A stretch of DNA of 64,000 nucleotides from Verrucomicrobiia bacterium (lineage in GTDB: Bacteria > Verrucomicrobiota > Verrucomicrobiia > Limisphaerales > UBA1319): assembly GCA_963664225.1 (NCBI GenBank), contig OY760937.1, positions 992,001-1,056,000 on the forward strand, read 5' to 3'. Within the stretch, counting starts at the first letter, position 1; each line of letters opens with the position of its first letter. The notes below the pieces were generated by a model. It made no database searches and was not told where the DNA came from. It worked only from the letters and a program-made list of their open reading frames with translations. Shown here piece after piece: positions 8,435-19,296 of this stretch. Made by a program: the position numbers and the translations under genes.

Positions 8435-10108
8435 TTAGTTTGCCGCCTCTGTTGTCTTGCCGGTGGGAGGGGCGGTCAACCGGGCTTCCGTGATTTGTTG
8501 GTTCAGCCAAGAACCAAAGGCCTCATACATGCGGCTTTGACGCATGGATTTGACGAATTCGGGCAAATCAGTCTTTACAACGGCATCGCTGACAGGCTGT
8601 GTGCCGCGCATATGGAGGACAAATCCGCCATCCCGGCTGATCATAAAGCTGCCAATTTTTCCCGGCTGCAGTCTGGCCGCCTGTTCCTTGATGGAGGGAA
8701 GGTCCAGACGTTCGTCCAAAGTTGCAAGACTGCGTGTGCTGAGCGAAAAATTAGGGACTGTGACGGGCGTCACTTTAGCGTCCTTGCAGATGTCTGCGAA
8801 AGATTTGCCCTGGGCAATGCTGTTGGTTGCCGTCTCGTAAAACTTCTGCCCCTGCTGGCGGGCAATGGACAAGGCCTGGGAGCGGCGGTAATCCTCGGTG
8901 ACCTTGTCTTTGACCGAATCGAAAGAGGGAAACTCGGCGGCGAGCTTCTTGTGCAAGGCCATGATGAAAACGCCATCCTCACCGTTCATCGGGGGCGCAA
9001 AGGGTTCTTCAGGTGTCAGGCTAAACGCCGCGCGGGTAAAGTTCTCCATGACCAGGAGTCCCTTGGGGCCTTCATACTCGCTGAAAGGCTCGGTAACGAG
9101 GACTGGGTATTGGTTGGAAGCCATAAGAGCCAGATTGGCCTCCTTCTGCGGAGCCATTTTGAACAGTTCCACGGCAAAGGCGCCGGCCTTCTTGCGCGCG
9201 GATTGCAGCGCGAATTCGTGGCGCAACTGCTCCTTGATTTTTATCTTGGCCTCAGCCTCAGGGAGGGGTTTGCCATCGGGGCCTGTGAAGTAATTTTCTC
9301 CCTGCTGCAAATAAAGCCCGTTGATGAGTTGAGTCAGGTTGGTCTGTTTGGCCAATTGCTGATCGGCTTCGGCCAATTGGTTGGTCAGGTCGAACTTGAT
9401 GTAGCTTACCTGGACGCGTTCCGGGATCCGATAGGCGGCCAGGCGATTGGAATAAAACTGGGATAGCGCGGCGGGACTGATCGTGACCGACGAAAGATAA
9501 TTCGTTGCGGAAAACACAGCGGCCTCTGTTTGATACTCGTCGTGTTCGTGACGGAACAGGTTTTCAGCTTCCTGCGGGGCGACCAGACGCCCGTTTAAAC
9601 CATAAATGCTCACGAGTTGCTGAATGGCGACTTCGTGACCGGCAAATCGTTCAAAAGCGCGTTCGCTAATGCCCTTTTCAGCAAGGGTTTTCATGACGAA
9701 TTGATTGTAGGAATCGAGCCGGAAGACTTTTTCACGGCGATCACGGAAGGCGTTGGCAATCCATTCCGCAGCGGCCTCGTTGCTGATATGAATGTTATTC
9801 TGTTTAATCAGATCGATGAGAAGTGTGCGGTTGCGCGATTCCCGCTCCAGGTCGAAGCCTGAGCGGTTGGCATCTTCACGGCCGGGCCAGGTGCCATAGC
9901 TGAACAAGTAGCGCATTTCCGCCTCATGATAGGCCTGGGCGAACTCCTCCTGCGATATGGCGCGACCGTTGATCGTGCCGAAATTGGCCTTGCCGCCACC
10001 GCCGCGCGAGGCCGCGTCGGGCGTAAAAAAGACCACAAAACTGGGGATCACGATCGCAATGATACCCGCAAATACCCATTTCTGGTGACGCCTTAATGTT
10101 GCAAACAT
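8435..10108 (-). CDS. Membrane-anchored periplasmic chaperone, PpiD/SurA-N-like
   Basis: MFATLRRHQKW plus a TM helix, GTINGRAIS, PERVQVSYIKF, and FDSVKDKV near the C-terminus. Size and layout are typical of PpiD-like proteins. Confidence 0.8.
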   Translation of the reverse strand: MFATLRRHQKWVFAGIIAIVIPSFVVFFTPDAASRGGGGKANFGTINGRAISQEEFAQAYHEAEMRYLFSYGTWPGREDANRSGFDLERESRNRTLLIDLIKQNNIHISNEAAAEWIANAFRDRREKVFRLDSYNQFVMKTLAEKGISERAFERFAGHEVAIQQLVSIYGLNGRLVAPQEAENLFRHEHDEYQTEAAVFSATNYLSSVTISPAALSQFYSNRLAAYRIPERVQVSYIKFDLTNQLAEADQQLAKQTNLTQLINGLYLQQGENYFTGPDGKPLPEAEAKIKIKEQLRHEFALQSARKKAGAFAVELFKMAPQKEANLALMASNQYPVLVTEPFSEYEGPKGLLVMENFTRAAFSLTPEEPFAPPMNGEDGVFIMALHKKLAAEFPSFDSVKDKVTEDYRRSQALSIARQQGQKFYETATNSIAQGKSFADICKDAKVTPVTVPNFSLSTRSLATLDERLDLPSIKEQAARLQPGKIGSFMISRDGGFVLHMRGTQPVSDAVVKTDLPEFVKSMRQSRMYEAFGSWLNQQITEARLTAPPTGKTTEAAN

Positions 10109-10221
10109 ATTGTTTGATGCAAAATATTGAGGTCGTAACTTAACCGAAAACAAAACCCCTGGTCAAACCCAAAACGATAATGATTAAAGGCCGGGGTATT
10201 TTCCACAGCCTTTGCAGGCTC

Positions 10222-10857
10222 TCAAGAGGCCGATAGCTGGGTGTCGGATGGAATCGGTTTGTGGTTTGCGTGGTCCATTCCGATGAATTGAAGGGTTTGC
10301 ACAAATTCATCGACCGCCTTGTCGAATTCACCGGTGTTGTTTTGAATGATTCGCAAAAGACAGCCGCTGCGGGCGGAAAAAGCGGCGGCATAGGCCCTGT
10401 TGATGACCTTGTGCTCCGCAATATCGTCATTGGACTCCACGGTGCGCATCGGACGGCTCTTATCGAGCTTGCGACGTCCGCGTATCTCCGCCTCGTGGGC
10501 ATCGACGAGAATGATGGCCTTGGGTGAAAGTCGTTCCAACATGCGCGAGGTCAATCCGGGTAGATAACTGCCTGAACCGGTCTTGATGGCGCAATGGGTG
10601 TCCAACAGAATATTATCCGGCCTCTCGGCGATCCGTTTTGTGGCGCGCCACTGGATTTCCTCCTGCAAGTCCGCGCTAAGATCGCGCATTTCGTCGCGGT
10701 TTTTTACGAGGCTGGCTTCCTGGCAGAGGGTGAGCATTTCGGTTCCAAATGAAACGATGGTGTATTTGAGGTCCTTTTCCACCCTTTTCCAGGCTTCCAC
10801 CAGTATGGTCGATTTGCCCGCCCCTGGCACTCCGGCGACTATGATCAGCTTGCCCAT
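10222..10857 (-). CDS. adkA: Adenylate kinase, archaeal (AdkA) type
   Basis: GVPGAGKST P-loop, SFGTEM, RDEMRDL, LLDTHCAIKT, YLPGL, NRAYAAAFS. These match the archaeal family rather than bacterial Adk. Confidence 0.85.
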   Translation of the reverse strand: MGKLIIVAGVPGAGKSTILVEAWKRVEKDLKYTIVSFGTEMLTLCQEASLVKNRDEMRDLSADLQEEIQWRATKRIAERPDNILLDTHCAIKTGSGSYLPGLTSRMLERLSPKAIILVDAHEAEIRGRRKLDKSRPMRTVESNDDIAEHKVINRAYAAAFSARSGCLLRIIQNNTGEFDKAVDEFVQTLQFIGMDHANHKPIPSDTQLSAS

Positions 10858-11254
10858 GATGAATGAGGGCACCATCGGCTGAATAAGGAGCCAAGTCAAA
10901 CGTCAAAACTGCGGGATGCTCCACAAAATGGACTTGCGGTTTCAAGATTGGGATGCAACGCGCATGGGAGTATTTTACGGGCCTGGCGGAAAATATGAAT
11001 GGCTATCACTGGTTGACGTTGACAGGGGGGGTGGGTGCATCGAATAGTGTGCTGGATGGTTGCAAATTATGGCGAGGCGGCGGTTTGCGGGTGGAACGCG
11101 GGCGATATATTCATGCCGCGCGAATGCGGCCTCCCTTTATTCGCGATTTTTCGCGTGTCCTATTGGGTGGAATCAGGTTTTTTTTCAGGAAGTCGGCATG
11201 CCAGTGGATGTTCTTTGGCGGAGACGAGAAGTTCGGTCTGGATGGGGAGGCCAA

Positions 11255-12094
11255 ATGATATTTAAGGCCCGATCGTTTGAATTTGAGTTTCCGCGTCCGG
11301 CGTTGGTGATGGGTATTATCAATGTTACTCCGGACTCCTTTTCTGACGGAGGCCAATACTTCGATACCGAGGCGGCCGTCAACCACGCCCTGGAATTGTG
11401 GAAGGCCGGAGCGGATATTCTGGACATTGGCGGCGAGTCCACACGGCCATTTTCTCCGCCTGTGGAGGAAGCCGAGGAATTGCGGCGGGTTCTGCCGGTG
11501 ATTGAGCGGTTGGCGGGCCGTGTGCCAGTGCCCCTGTCGATCGACACTCAGAAGCCTGGCGTGGCGCGTGCGGCCGTGGCGGCAGGCGCCAGCATTGTGA
11601 ACGACGTCGGGGCGTGGCGAGTGGATGCTTCCATGGCGGCTTTGGTGGCTGAAACGGGAGCGGGTTATGTGATGATGCACAGCCAGGGAACGCCGCAGAC
11701 CATGCAGATCGCCCCTTCCTACACGGATGTGGTCGCTGAAGTGGAGCTATTTTTCGAGAATCGGCTGCTGGAGTTGGGAAAATCGGGAGTGCGCGCGGAA
11801 CAAGTGATTTTGGATCCGGGCATCGGATTTGGGAAGTCGATGGAGCATAATTTGGAGTTGCTGGCGGCGATGGGCCGTTTTAAAAAGTTTGGGCGGCCAT
11901 TGCTGGTTGGTGTTTCGCGTAAATCTTTCATCGGCAAATTGCTGGGTGTGGAAGTCAATGGGCGGCTTCCGGGCGCGCTTGCCTGCGCGTGTTGGGGGGC
12001 GATGGAAGGCATTCAGATTGTGCGGGCTCATGATGTGGCTGAAACGGTGCAGGTGTTGCGAATGACAGAGGCTTTGATGACCCGGAAGTGTTAA
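11255..12094 (+). CDS. folP: Dihydropteroate synthase
   Basis: MGIINVTPDSFSDGG, DIGGESTRP, LDPGIGFGK, GVSRKSF, VRAHDV. GGGAGG RBS before ATG 11255. Confidence 0.96.
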   Translation: MIFKARSFEFEFPRPALVMGIINVTPDSFSDGGQYFDTEAAVNHALELWKAGADILDIGGESTRPFSPPVEEAEELRRVLPVIERLAGRVPVPLSIDTQKPGVARAAVAAGASIVNDVGAWRVDASMAALVAETGAGYVMMHSQGTPQTMQIAPSYTDVVAEVELFFENRLLELGKSGVRAEQVILDPGIGFGKSMEHNLELLAAMGRFKKFGRPLLVGVSRKSFIGKLLGVEVNGRLPGALACACWGAMEGIQIVRAHDVAETVQVLRMTEALMTRKC

Positions 12095-12939
12095 TGAATT
12101 GGTCCTTGATCATGCAGATCTGGCGACCCCTTTTGGAGATTGGGATTCTCACATTGGGGTATTACTACATTTTTGTATTGCTCCGGGGCACGCGCGGCGC
12201 GGCGGTGGTGACGGGTTTCTTGATTTTGCTTTTAACTCTGACCTTGGTGGCGACTGTTCTGGAGTTGGAGGTGTTGAGCTGGCTGCTGCGGGCTTTTTCG
12301 GCTTTTCTGGCCCTGGCGATCCTGGTCCTGTTTCAACCTGAATTGCGGCATTTGCTGGCCAAGGTGGGGCATCAGCCCTTTCTGAGCAACGCACAGCAGC
12401 AGCGCGAGAACATCGAGGTGGTGATTCAGGCCGCGGCGCGCATGTCGGAAATGCGTATTGGGTCGCTCATTGCGCTGGAGCAATCGCTGCATCTGCAGGA
12501 AACGGTTGAATCGGGCATTGTGGTGGATTGCGAGGCAACGCCGGAGATGCTGGAGTGCATTTTTTTTCCAAATAACGCAATTCATGACGGCGGGGTGATC
12601 ATTCGCGGGAACCGGATCTTGTGCGCGGCGTGTATTTTTCCGCTCACACAGCGGCAGGATTTGCAGAAGTCGATGGGCACGCGGCACCGGGCGGCAATCG
12701 GCATGACCGAGGAGACGGATGCCGTGGTGGTCGTCATCTCGGAAGAAACAGGCTCGATTTCCTGCGCGCATCAAGGGCATCTGGCGCGCGGTTTGACGGA
12801 GGAAGAGCTGCGGTCGTTTTTAACGACGGTGTGTGTGAAACGAGTGCGGTCCAAGTCTTTTTTGGAATGGCTACGGGCCTGGCGGCATGAACAACTTAAA
12901 AAAGCGGAGGCCCGCACGGCTCCGCCCAGCTCCCAATGA
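12094..12939 (+). CDS. cdaA: Diadenylate cyclase CdaA/DacA
   Basis: Three TM helices, LFQPELR, HDGG and GTRHRAA motifs; TAATG coupling to folP. Confidence 0.95.
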   Translation: MNWSLIMQIWRPLLEIGILTLGYYYIFVLLRGTRGAAVVTGFLILLLTLTLVATVLELEVLSWLLRAFSAFLALAILVLFQPELRHLLAKVGHQPFLSNAQQQRENIEVVIQAAARMSEMRIGSLIALEQSLHLQETVESGIVVDCEATPEMLECIFFPNNAIHDGGVIIRGNRILCAACIFPLTQRQDLQKSMGTRHRAAIGMTEETDAVVVVISEETGSISCAHQGHLARGLTEEELRSFLTTVCVKRVRSKSFLEWLRAWRHEQLKKAEARTAPPSSQ

Positions 12940-13376
12940 CCATGTCTGTGCGCCAATTCATCGAACACAACTTCTGGCTGAAGGTTTTTGCACTGATTCT
13001 GGCCTTGCTGACCTGGATTACGGTGCGGTTTGCGATTTCCCGACAAATCGCCTTCGGCTCGGCTCCGATTACGTCGGTGACCCGTGCGTTCCCAAAATCA
13101 CCGGTGCGTCTGCTTACGGGGGCGAATATGGCGGGGCGATTCCATGTGGTTCCCAACGAAGTCACGGTGACCTTAAGCGGGGATGCGACCATTCTTGAAA
13201 AACTTTCTGGAAAGGAAATCACTCCTTTTGTAAACATATCGAAGGGAATCGCGGAGTCTGGTCGTTTGGGCAAGGTGGAAATATTTGCCCCTGCCGGAAT
13301 GTCGATTGTGAAGATCGAACCATCGGAGGTGGCGGTGGAGCGCGCAGAAGCGGAGCCGGACGCTCCAAAATATTAG
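12936..13376 (+). CDS. cdaR: CdaR/YbbR-like regulator with a single YbbR domain
   Basis: HNFWLKVFALILALLTW N-terminal anchor and PNEVTVTLSG; lies between cdaA and glmM. Confidence 0.8.
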   Translation: MTMSVRQFIEHNFWLKVFALILALLTWITVRFAISRQIAFGSAPITSVTRAFPKSPVRLLTGANMAGRFHVVPNEVTVTLSGDATILEKLSGKEITPFVNISKGIAESGRLGKVEIFAPAGMSIVKIEPSEVAVERAEAEPDAPKY

Positions 13377-13386
13377 GAAAAAACTT

Positions 13387-14778
13387 ATGGCTGTGGAAAA
13401 AAAGATATTTGGAACGGACGGGGTCAGGGGTACGGTTAATATTGAACCGGTAACGGCGGAGACGGCACTGAAGCTGGGACGGGCCGCCGCCCATGTGTTC
13501 AAGAACCTGGAGTCCAAGCCGCGGGGCGTTGGGCGCCATAAAATCGTGTTGGGCAAGGACACACGGCTTTCGGGGTATTTGCTTGAGAATGCGATTTCCT
13601 CGGGAATTCTGTCGATGGGCGCGGATGTATTGTTCATTGGGCCGCTGCCCACGCCGGGAGTGGCTTACGTGACGCGCAGCCTGCGCGCCGACGCCGGCAT
13701 TGTCATCACTGCCTCCCACAATCCTTATTCCGACAACGGGATCAAGTTTTTTGGGCCGGACGGGTACAAACTCGACGACGAGATTGAGGGACGGATTGAA
13801 CGGCTCGTTTTTAACGGTGAGATCGAGAGCATTCGTCCGACAGCCGAGGAAATTGGCAAAGCCGTGCGCATCGATGACGCCCTCGGACGCTACATCGAAT
13901 ATGCAAAGTCTTCCTTTCCGCGAGGCATGACCCTGGACGGTTTGCGCATCGTGGTGGATTGCGCGCATGGTGCTGCGTATAAATCGACTCCCTGCGTCTT
14001 GCGGGAACTGGGCGCCGAGGTCTTCGTTTTTGGCAATGCCCCCGACGGGACGAATATCAACAAGGACTGCGGATGCATGCACCCGGAGAGCATGTGCCAG
14101 AAGGTGTGGGAGCATCGGGCGCATATCGGCATTGCCCATGACGGCGACGCCGACCGGGTTCTGCTATGCGACGAGACCGGTCGTTTGATCGACGGGGACG
14201 ATGTCATGGCCATAGCCGCACTGGACATGCTGGAGCAGGGGACTCTGGTGAAAAAGACGCTGGTCAGCACGGTGATGAGTAACGCCGGTCTGGATGCGGC
14301 TTTGACCCAGGCGGGCGGGCGGATGCTTCGCACGCCGGTGGGAGACAAGAATGTCATCGATGAAATGCAGCGCGGGGACTACAACCTCGGCGGCGAACAG
14401 AGCGGGCATTTGATTTTCAGGGATTATACGACGACTGGGGACGGCCTGGTGAGCGCGCTGCAGATTTTGCGGACCATGAAGGCGAAAAATGCGTCCCTTT
14501 CGCAATTGGCCAAATGCTGGACCCGTTTTCCCCAATTAGTGACCAACGTGCGTGTCCGCGAGAAGCGGCCTTTCGAGGAAATGGAAGGTTTGCTTGAGAT
14601 GGTGGCGCAGGCCGAGGCGGCCGTCAAACCTCAGGGCGGACGGGTGTTTCTGCGGTATTCGGGCACGGAACCCAAGGCGCGGTTGCTCATGGAAGGCCGG
14701 GAAATGGCCGTTCTCAAGCATTGGAGCAAAACGATCTGTGACCGAATTCAAAAAGAAGCGGGCGCGCAGGTGTCCTGA
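13387..14778 (+). CDS. glmM: Phosphoglucosamine mutase
   Basis: FGTDGVRG, ITASHNP, DGDADR, GGEQSGH, RYSGTEP motifs. Confidence 0.97.
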   Translation: MAVEKKIFGTDGVRGTVNIEPVTAETALKLGRAAAHVFKNLESKPRGVGRHKIVLGKDTRLSGYLLENAISSGILSMGADVLFIGPLPTPGVAYVTRSLRADAGIVITASHNPYSDNGIKFFGPDGYKLDDEIEGRIERLVFNGEIESIRPTAEEIGKAVRIDDALGRYIEYAKSSFPRGMTLDGLRIVVDCAHGAAYKSTPCVLRELGAEVFVFGNAPDGTNINKDCGCMHPESMCQKVWEHRAHIGIAHDGDADRVLLCDETGRLIDGDDVMAIAALDMLEQGTLVKKTLVSTVMSNAGLDAALTQAGGRMLRTPVGDKNVIDEMQRGDYNLGGEQSGHLIFRDYTTTGDGLVSALQILRTMKAKNASLSQLAKCWTRFPQLVTNVRVREKRPFEEMEGLLEMVAQAEAAVKPQGGRVFLRYSGTEPKARLLMEGREMAVLKHWSKTICDRIQKEAGAQVS

Positions 14779-14827
14779 GTGGGTTGAGCCGGACCACAGG
14801 CGGTGTGCCGTGTGATTTGGCGGAAGA

Positions 14828-15202
14828 TCACTGCATGATTTCAATTTCGTAGCCTTCGGGAGCGTCCACGAAGGCGAATCCGCCGCCTTGCTGATTATAG
14901 TGGGGGCCATCCGAATACTGGAGACCGAGCCTGGCCAGGTGCGCGGCGAATTCTTCAAGGCTGTCCACCTGAAACGCAAGGTGCGTCAAATCGGGTTGGA
15001 CCTTTACTGGTCCGCTGGTGGGATAATGGCAAAGCTCGATTAATTCCTCACTTTCGGGCGCTTTGAGGAAGACCAGTTCCGAGCCGCGCGGGGATTTGTG
15101 TCGGCGTACCTCTTCGAGTCCCAACACGTCCTTGTAAAAGCGCACGGACCGCTCCAAATCGTCGAGCCTGTAACGGGTGTGTAATAATTTACGAACCAAC
15201 AT
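14828..15202 (-). CDS. VOC-family protein (lactoylglutathione lyase-like)
   Basis: LLHTRYR..DLERSVRFY..VLG, HLAFQV, FVDAPEGYEIE. Confidence 0.85.
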   Translation of the reverse strand: MLVRKLLHTRYRLDDLERSVRFYKDVLGLEEVRRHKSPRGSELVFLKAPESEELIELCHYPTSGPVKVQPDLTHLAFQVDSLEEFAAHLARLGLQYSDGPHYNQQGGGFAFVDAPEGYEIEIMQ

Positions 15203-15514
15203 GACACGTCTAATCTGACAGAAATTCGATCGAGTTCAACTGGAGGCGTCGTTTTCATCCTGGCCTTCGCGATTTCGCCAAGGCCGGAATTCATGAAGTC
15301 GGATGAATTCCGACCCGATTGCCTATGGCATAGCGCTACGACGCAATTAAATAACCGTCATGTAAATGGTGGGTCGCTGGTTTTAATTATTCAAAACTTC
15401 TTGATGTTATCGAGGAATGGGCAAAAACTTAAATCAGATGTTTATTGTCACGGATTGGACATTCTAAATTTGAAGCGGCACATTGTGGTGTTGATGAACA
15501 TTGGAGGAAGAAAT

Positions 15515-16756
15515 ATGAGCTGCCGGATGATTTTCGGCGGGCAAAGGATTTGCCTCGCGTTGATGCTGGTTTGTTTCTGTTGCCAAACGTCCAGGGCGCA
15601 ACTGGATCCTGAAAAGCGGCGACTATTGCAATTCGGTTATAACCAGCCGTTGGAAGGCAGAGGACCGACGGCGGGCTATGCTTTTTTCTATTTGAACGAG
15701 CCCGATTTCGGTCGGACGAATCTGGTTTTGCGGTTGGTGCTTGCGCCGGTGTATCTGGACTCGGAGTTGGGGATCCGCCAGGTGCTGGGTCCGAATACGG
15801 ACGTTGGGATTGGTGTCAGTGGAGGTGGATTTGCCGACAGCTACTCCGAGGTCAGGAAGGGCTTTCTGGAGCGTGGAGAATCGTTCACCGGGCATGGTGC
15901 GGAAGTCAACTCGAGCATCTATCATCGCTTTAATCCCGAGGCGCTCGTTCCATTGACCGGCATATTCAGGCTGGGATTGAGGCAAACTTACTATTCGCGC
16001 GATGACAAGACGGGCAACGGATTTGTCCTGCCGGATGACCAGAACCGGGGATTTGTTCGGGCCGGGTTACGCTGGGGTGGGAAGGAGCCTTTGATTTTAC
16101 CGGAGTTGGCCATGGAACTTTCCGTGTGGTACGAGGGGCAGTTTCGTTCTTCACCTGGTTCTTACGGATATGCGAATGACCGGGAATTGAACCAGGATTC
16201 ACATTTGTTTTGGGCGCGGGCCTTGTTTGCTTACACGCTGCCGGAGTCCCGACACAATTTCAGCGTGAGCGTTACCAGCGGCGCCAGCTTGCACGCAGAT
16301 CGGTTGAGTGCCTATCGCATTGGAGGGGTGCTGCCCATGGGGGCGGAATTTCCACTGAGTCTGCCCGGTTATTATTATCAGGAACTGACCGCCGAGCGTT
16401 TTCTGCTCCTGGATGCTCAATACACACTGCCTCTGGACAAGGCCAAATGCTGGAATATCACCAGTTTTGCTGGAACAGGGCTGGTGGACTATCTTTCGGG
16501 ACTGGAGCAACCGGGGCACTGGCATTCGGGATTGGGCGGGGGGATCACTTATGAATCGCCACAACGGTCCTGGATGGTGATCCTGGGCTATGGGTACGGA
16601 TTTGACGCAATCCGCGGCAATGAGCGTGGCGCGCAGTCTGTGGGATTGTTTTGTCAATTCGATTTGGAGGCGCTTTACGGCCATCCGGCAGGGGCAGGCC
16701 AACCCCGGCTGAATCCCACCAGGTTCCGTGGTTTCGACTGGTTGCTGGGACGCTGA
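15515..16756 (+). CDS. Putative outer-membrane beta-barrel protein
   Basis: Signal-like N-terminus, Gly/aromatic-rich alternating strands, and HSGLGGGITY...LGYGYG near the C-terminus. GGAGG RBS before ATG 15515. Confidence 0.6.
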   Translation: MSCRMIFGGQRICLALMLVCFCCQTSRAQLDPEKRRLLQFGYNQPLEGRGPTAGYAFFYLNEPDFGRTNLVLRLVLAPVYLDSELGIRQVLGPNTDVGIGVSGGGFADSYSEVRKGFLERGESFTGHGAEVNSSIYHRFNPEALVPLTGIFRLGLRQTYYSRDDKTGNGFVLPDDQNRGFVRAGLRWGGKEPLILPELAMELSVWYEGQFRSSPGSYGYANDRELNQDSHLFWARALFAYTLPESRHNFSVSVTSGASLHADRLSAYRIGGVLPMGAEFPLSLPGYYYQELTAERFLLLDAQYTLPLDKAKCWNITSFAGTGLVDYLSGLEQPGHWHSGLGGGITYESPQRSWMVILGYGYGFDAIRGNERGAQSVGLFCQFDLEALYGHPAGAGQPRLNPTRFRGFDWLLGR

Positions 16757-16827
16757 GAAACAGACCCCCGGCGAAAGATACGTTGCAAGGAACGCCGACC
16801 TGGGGTTAAAGATACTCTCTGCGTTTT

Positions 16828-17880
16828 ATGACGACGAACACTACTGCCAAACGGCACTTTGCAAGTGACAACTACGCTGGGATTTGTCCTGAGGCGTGGC
16901 TGGCGATGGAACAGGCCAACACGGGCCATGTCCCGGGTTATGGAGAGGATGTCTGGACAAGTCGCGCGTCGGACATGATTCGCGAGGTCTTCGAGAAGGA
17001 TTGTGAGGTGTTCTTTGTTTTCAATGGCACATCGGCCAATTCGCTGGCACTGGCCTCCCTTTGCCAGTCGTACCACAGTATTTTGTGCAGTGAAACTGCG
17101 CATGTGGAAACCGATGAGTGTGGGGCGCCTGAGTTTTTTTCCAACGGCACCAAGGTACTGCTTCTGCCCGGCACCCATGGAAAATTGGATCCAAGGGCGA
17201 TTGCGCCCATGGTAAAACGGCGCACGGATATTCATTTTCCGAAACCCAAAGCACTCAGTGTCACCCAGGCGACAGAATTGGGCACGGTGTATTCAGTGAG
17301 CGAACTGCAGGCGATTGGAGAACAGTGCCGTTCGCTTGGATTAAAATGGCACATGGACGGCGCCCGGTTCGCCAATGCTTTGGTCTCCCTGGGGGTGACT
17401 CCGAAGGAAATCACATGGAAGGTGGGGGTGGATGTCCTCTGCCTGGGCGGCACGAAAAACGGCTGCTCGGTGGGGGAAGCGGTGATTTTCTTTAACCGCG
17501 AATTGGCCCATGAGTTTGACTATCGCTGCAAGCAGGCCGGGCAATTGGCGTCCAAAATGCGTTTTCTTTCGGCTCCGTGGGTGGGCATGCTGGAGAAAGG
17601 CGCCTGGCTGCGCAACGCAACTCATGCGAATGCGATGGCAAAACTGCTTGAAACCGGTATCCGGACATTGCCTCAAATGGAAGTGATGTTTCCCTGTCAG
17701 GCCAACTCGGTGTTTGTGAAAATGCCGCTCAAAATCGCTGATGCTCTTCACGAGCGAGGCTGGCGCTTCTATACGTTCATTGGCGAGGGAGGATGCCGTC
17801 TGATGTGCTCCTGGGATACTCAGGAGTCGGATGTTCACTCATTTGTCACGGATGCGCGTGCCGCGCTGGGGGCGGCCTAA
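16828..17880 (+). CDS. ltaE: Low-specificity L-threonine aldolase
   Basis: [39 protein letters not shown] (PLP Lys). Confidence 0.92.
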   Translation: MTTNTTAKRHFASDNYAGICPEAWLAMEQANTGHVPGYGEDVWTSRASDMIREVFEKDCEVFFVFNGTSANSLALASLCQSYHSILCSETAHVETDECGAPEFFSNGTKVLLLPGTHGKLDPRAIAPMVKRRTDIHFPKPKALSVTQATELGTVYSVSELQAIGEQCRSLGLKWHMDGARFANALVSLGVTPKEITWKVGVDVLCLGGTKNGCSVGEAVIFFNRELAHEFDYRCKQAGQLASKMRFLSAPWVGMLEKGAWLRNATHANAMAKLLETGIRTLPQMEVMFPCQANSVFVKMPLKIADALHERGWRFYTFIGEGGCRLMCSWDTQESDVHSFVTDARAALGAA

Positions 17881-18653
17881 GGTACGGCGGAAAGCCCCGT
17901 GTTACGCCATGCCGGAGTCACAGCCCATAGATTGATGGGGCTCACGGTCCGGCCAAATTTCACAAAGCGCGCGCTGCCATCGGCGAAGATGTAGTTGGAA
18001 CCTCCGCCTCCGTTCCCTTGCGCATCCTTGCGACCGGTGCCGTGACGGCTCTGGTCGAGCTGAGTGATGTCTTCGGCGGATTCGTAATCGAAATACCAAT
18101 GCATAGATTCGCTGTATTTTTCGCCGAACGTGACCGTGTCTGATGGCAACCGAATATCCTGCTCCTTGATCGAGAATTCGTTGGTGGCGGCAATGGCGCG
18201 CCAACCGGGAATGCCGTAATAAGGGCTATAAAAATCGTTGAAGGCGTTGTAGATGTAACTGCGCGGCGCGGCGTCCGCCGGCCATAGGGAGTTGTTGGAT
18301 TCGCCGGTTTTTGGATTGGCTGTGTCGTTGGGGCACCTTAGCAATTTAAGATCGCGATACCCATAGCGAAGGCGCGTGGGCCAGCGATTGGGGTGGGAGC
18401 GGGGCGGCAGCGAGCCTCGATTGTCGTCCGTATAAAGGATCAGGGAGAGGCCGATTTGACGCATATTGTTCAAGCACTGAATGCGTCGGCCAGCGTCCTT
18501 GGCGCGAGACAGTGAGGGAAGCAACATGCCCGCAAGGATGGCAATGATCGAAATGACCACAAGCAACTCAATGAGAGTGAAGCCTGAGGCTTTCAATGGT
18601 CTTTGCCTGGAAGGCAATGCGCAAATGAGAAACATCTGACCGGTTAGACGCAA
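17877..18653 (-). CDS. Prepilin-type N-terminal cleavage/methylation protein with H-X9-DG-like C-terminus (PVC-type)
   Basis: [34 protein letters not shown]...NYIFADGS. Start uncertain. Confidence 0.88.
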   Translation of the reverse strand: MRLTGQMFLICALPSRQRPLKASGFTLIELLVVISIIAILAGMLLPSLSRAKDAGRRIQCLNNMRQIGLSLILYTDDNRGSLPPRSHPNRWPTRLRYGYRDLKLLRCPNDTANPKTGESNNSLWPADAAPRSYIYNAFNDFYSPYYGIPGWRAIAATNEFSIKEQDIRLPSDTVTFGEKYSESMHWYFDYESAEDITQLDQSRHGTGRKDAQGNGGGGSNYIFADGSARFVKFGRTVSPINLWAVTPAWRNTGLSAVP

Positions 18654-18720
18654 AAGGAAGGGGAAAAGTTACAGTCTCCAGAGGTTCGCGCGTTAAGAAC
18701 AACCCGGGTTCAGAACCGCA

Positions 18721-19296
18721 TCAAGCAAGTTCCATGAAGCGCATAATGGAGTCTCCATGCTTGAGCACCTTGCGGTCACGCCATTCGACGGGAATGGTCA
18801 GTGTGTCGCGCTTTGAATGCCCCAGAACAAGCAATCCATCCCTCTTCAACACGGCGCGCAGATCGGCCAGATCGAGCATCTGCTGTGCGAGTGATTCGGA
18901 CCGGCAATTCACGTTTTTTTGTCCGTAGGGCGGATCGGCGAGGATGAGGTCAAATTGTTGTCCAGCATGGGCTAACTGGCTTAACGCGGGAAAGACATCC
19001 TGGGTGCGGATTTCGAGGGCGCCTGCGGGAAGTTTTGTGACGGCCAGGTTTTTGCGAATGAACGTCGAGTGATGAGGATTAAGTTCCACACACACGGCAT
19101 GGGTGGCGCCACGGCTCAGGCTCTCGAGGCCCAGCGCGCCGGAACCGGCGAATAATTCCAGGATGTTCGCGCCAACAACACGCTCCCCGAGGCTGTTAAA
19201 AACGGCCTGCCGAACGATGTCGGGTGTGGGCCTCACGGCCAGGCCTTTTGGAACGAAAATGGTTATACCCGAGGCAAGGCCGCCAATGATGCGCAT
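18721..19296 (-). CDS. rsmD: 16S rRNA m2G966 methyltransferase RsmD family
   Basis: MRIIGG, RPT, LFAGSGALGLESLSRGA, DPPY. The start overlaps the end of the UbiD-family gene. Confidence 0.9.
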   Translation of the reverse strand: MRIIGGLASGITIFVPKGLAVRPTPDIVRQAVFNSLGERVVGANILELFAGSGALGLESLSRGATHAVCVELNPHHSTFIRKNLAVTKLPAGALEIRTQDVFPALSQLAHAGQQFDLILADPPYGQKNVNCRSESLAQQMLDLADLRAVLKRDGLLVLGHSKRDTLTIPVEWRDRKVLKHGDSIMRFMELA

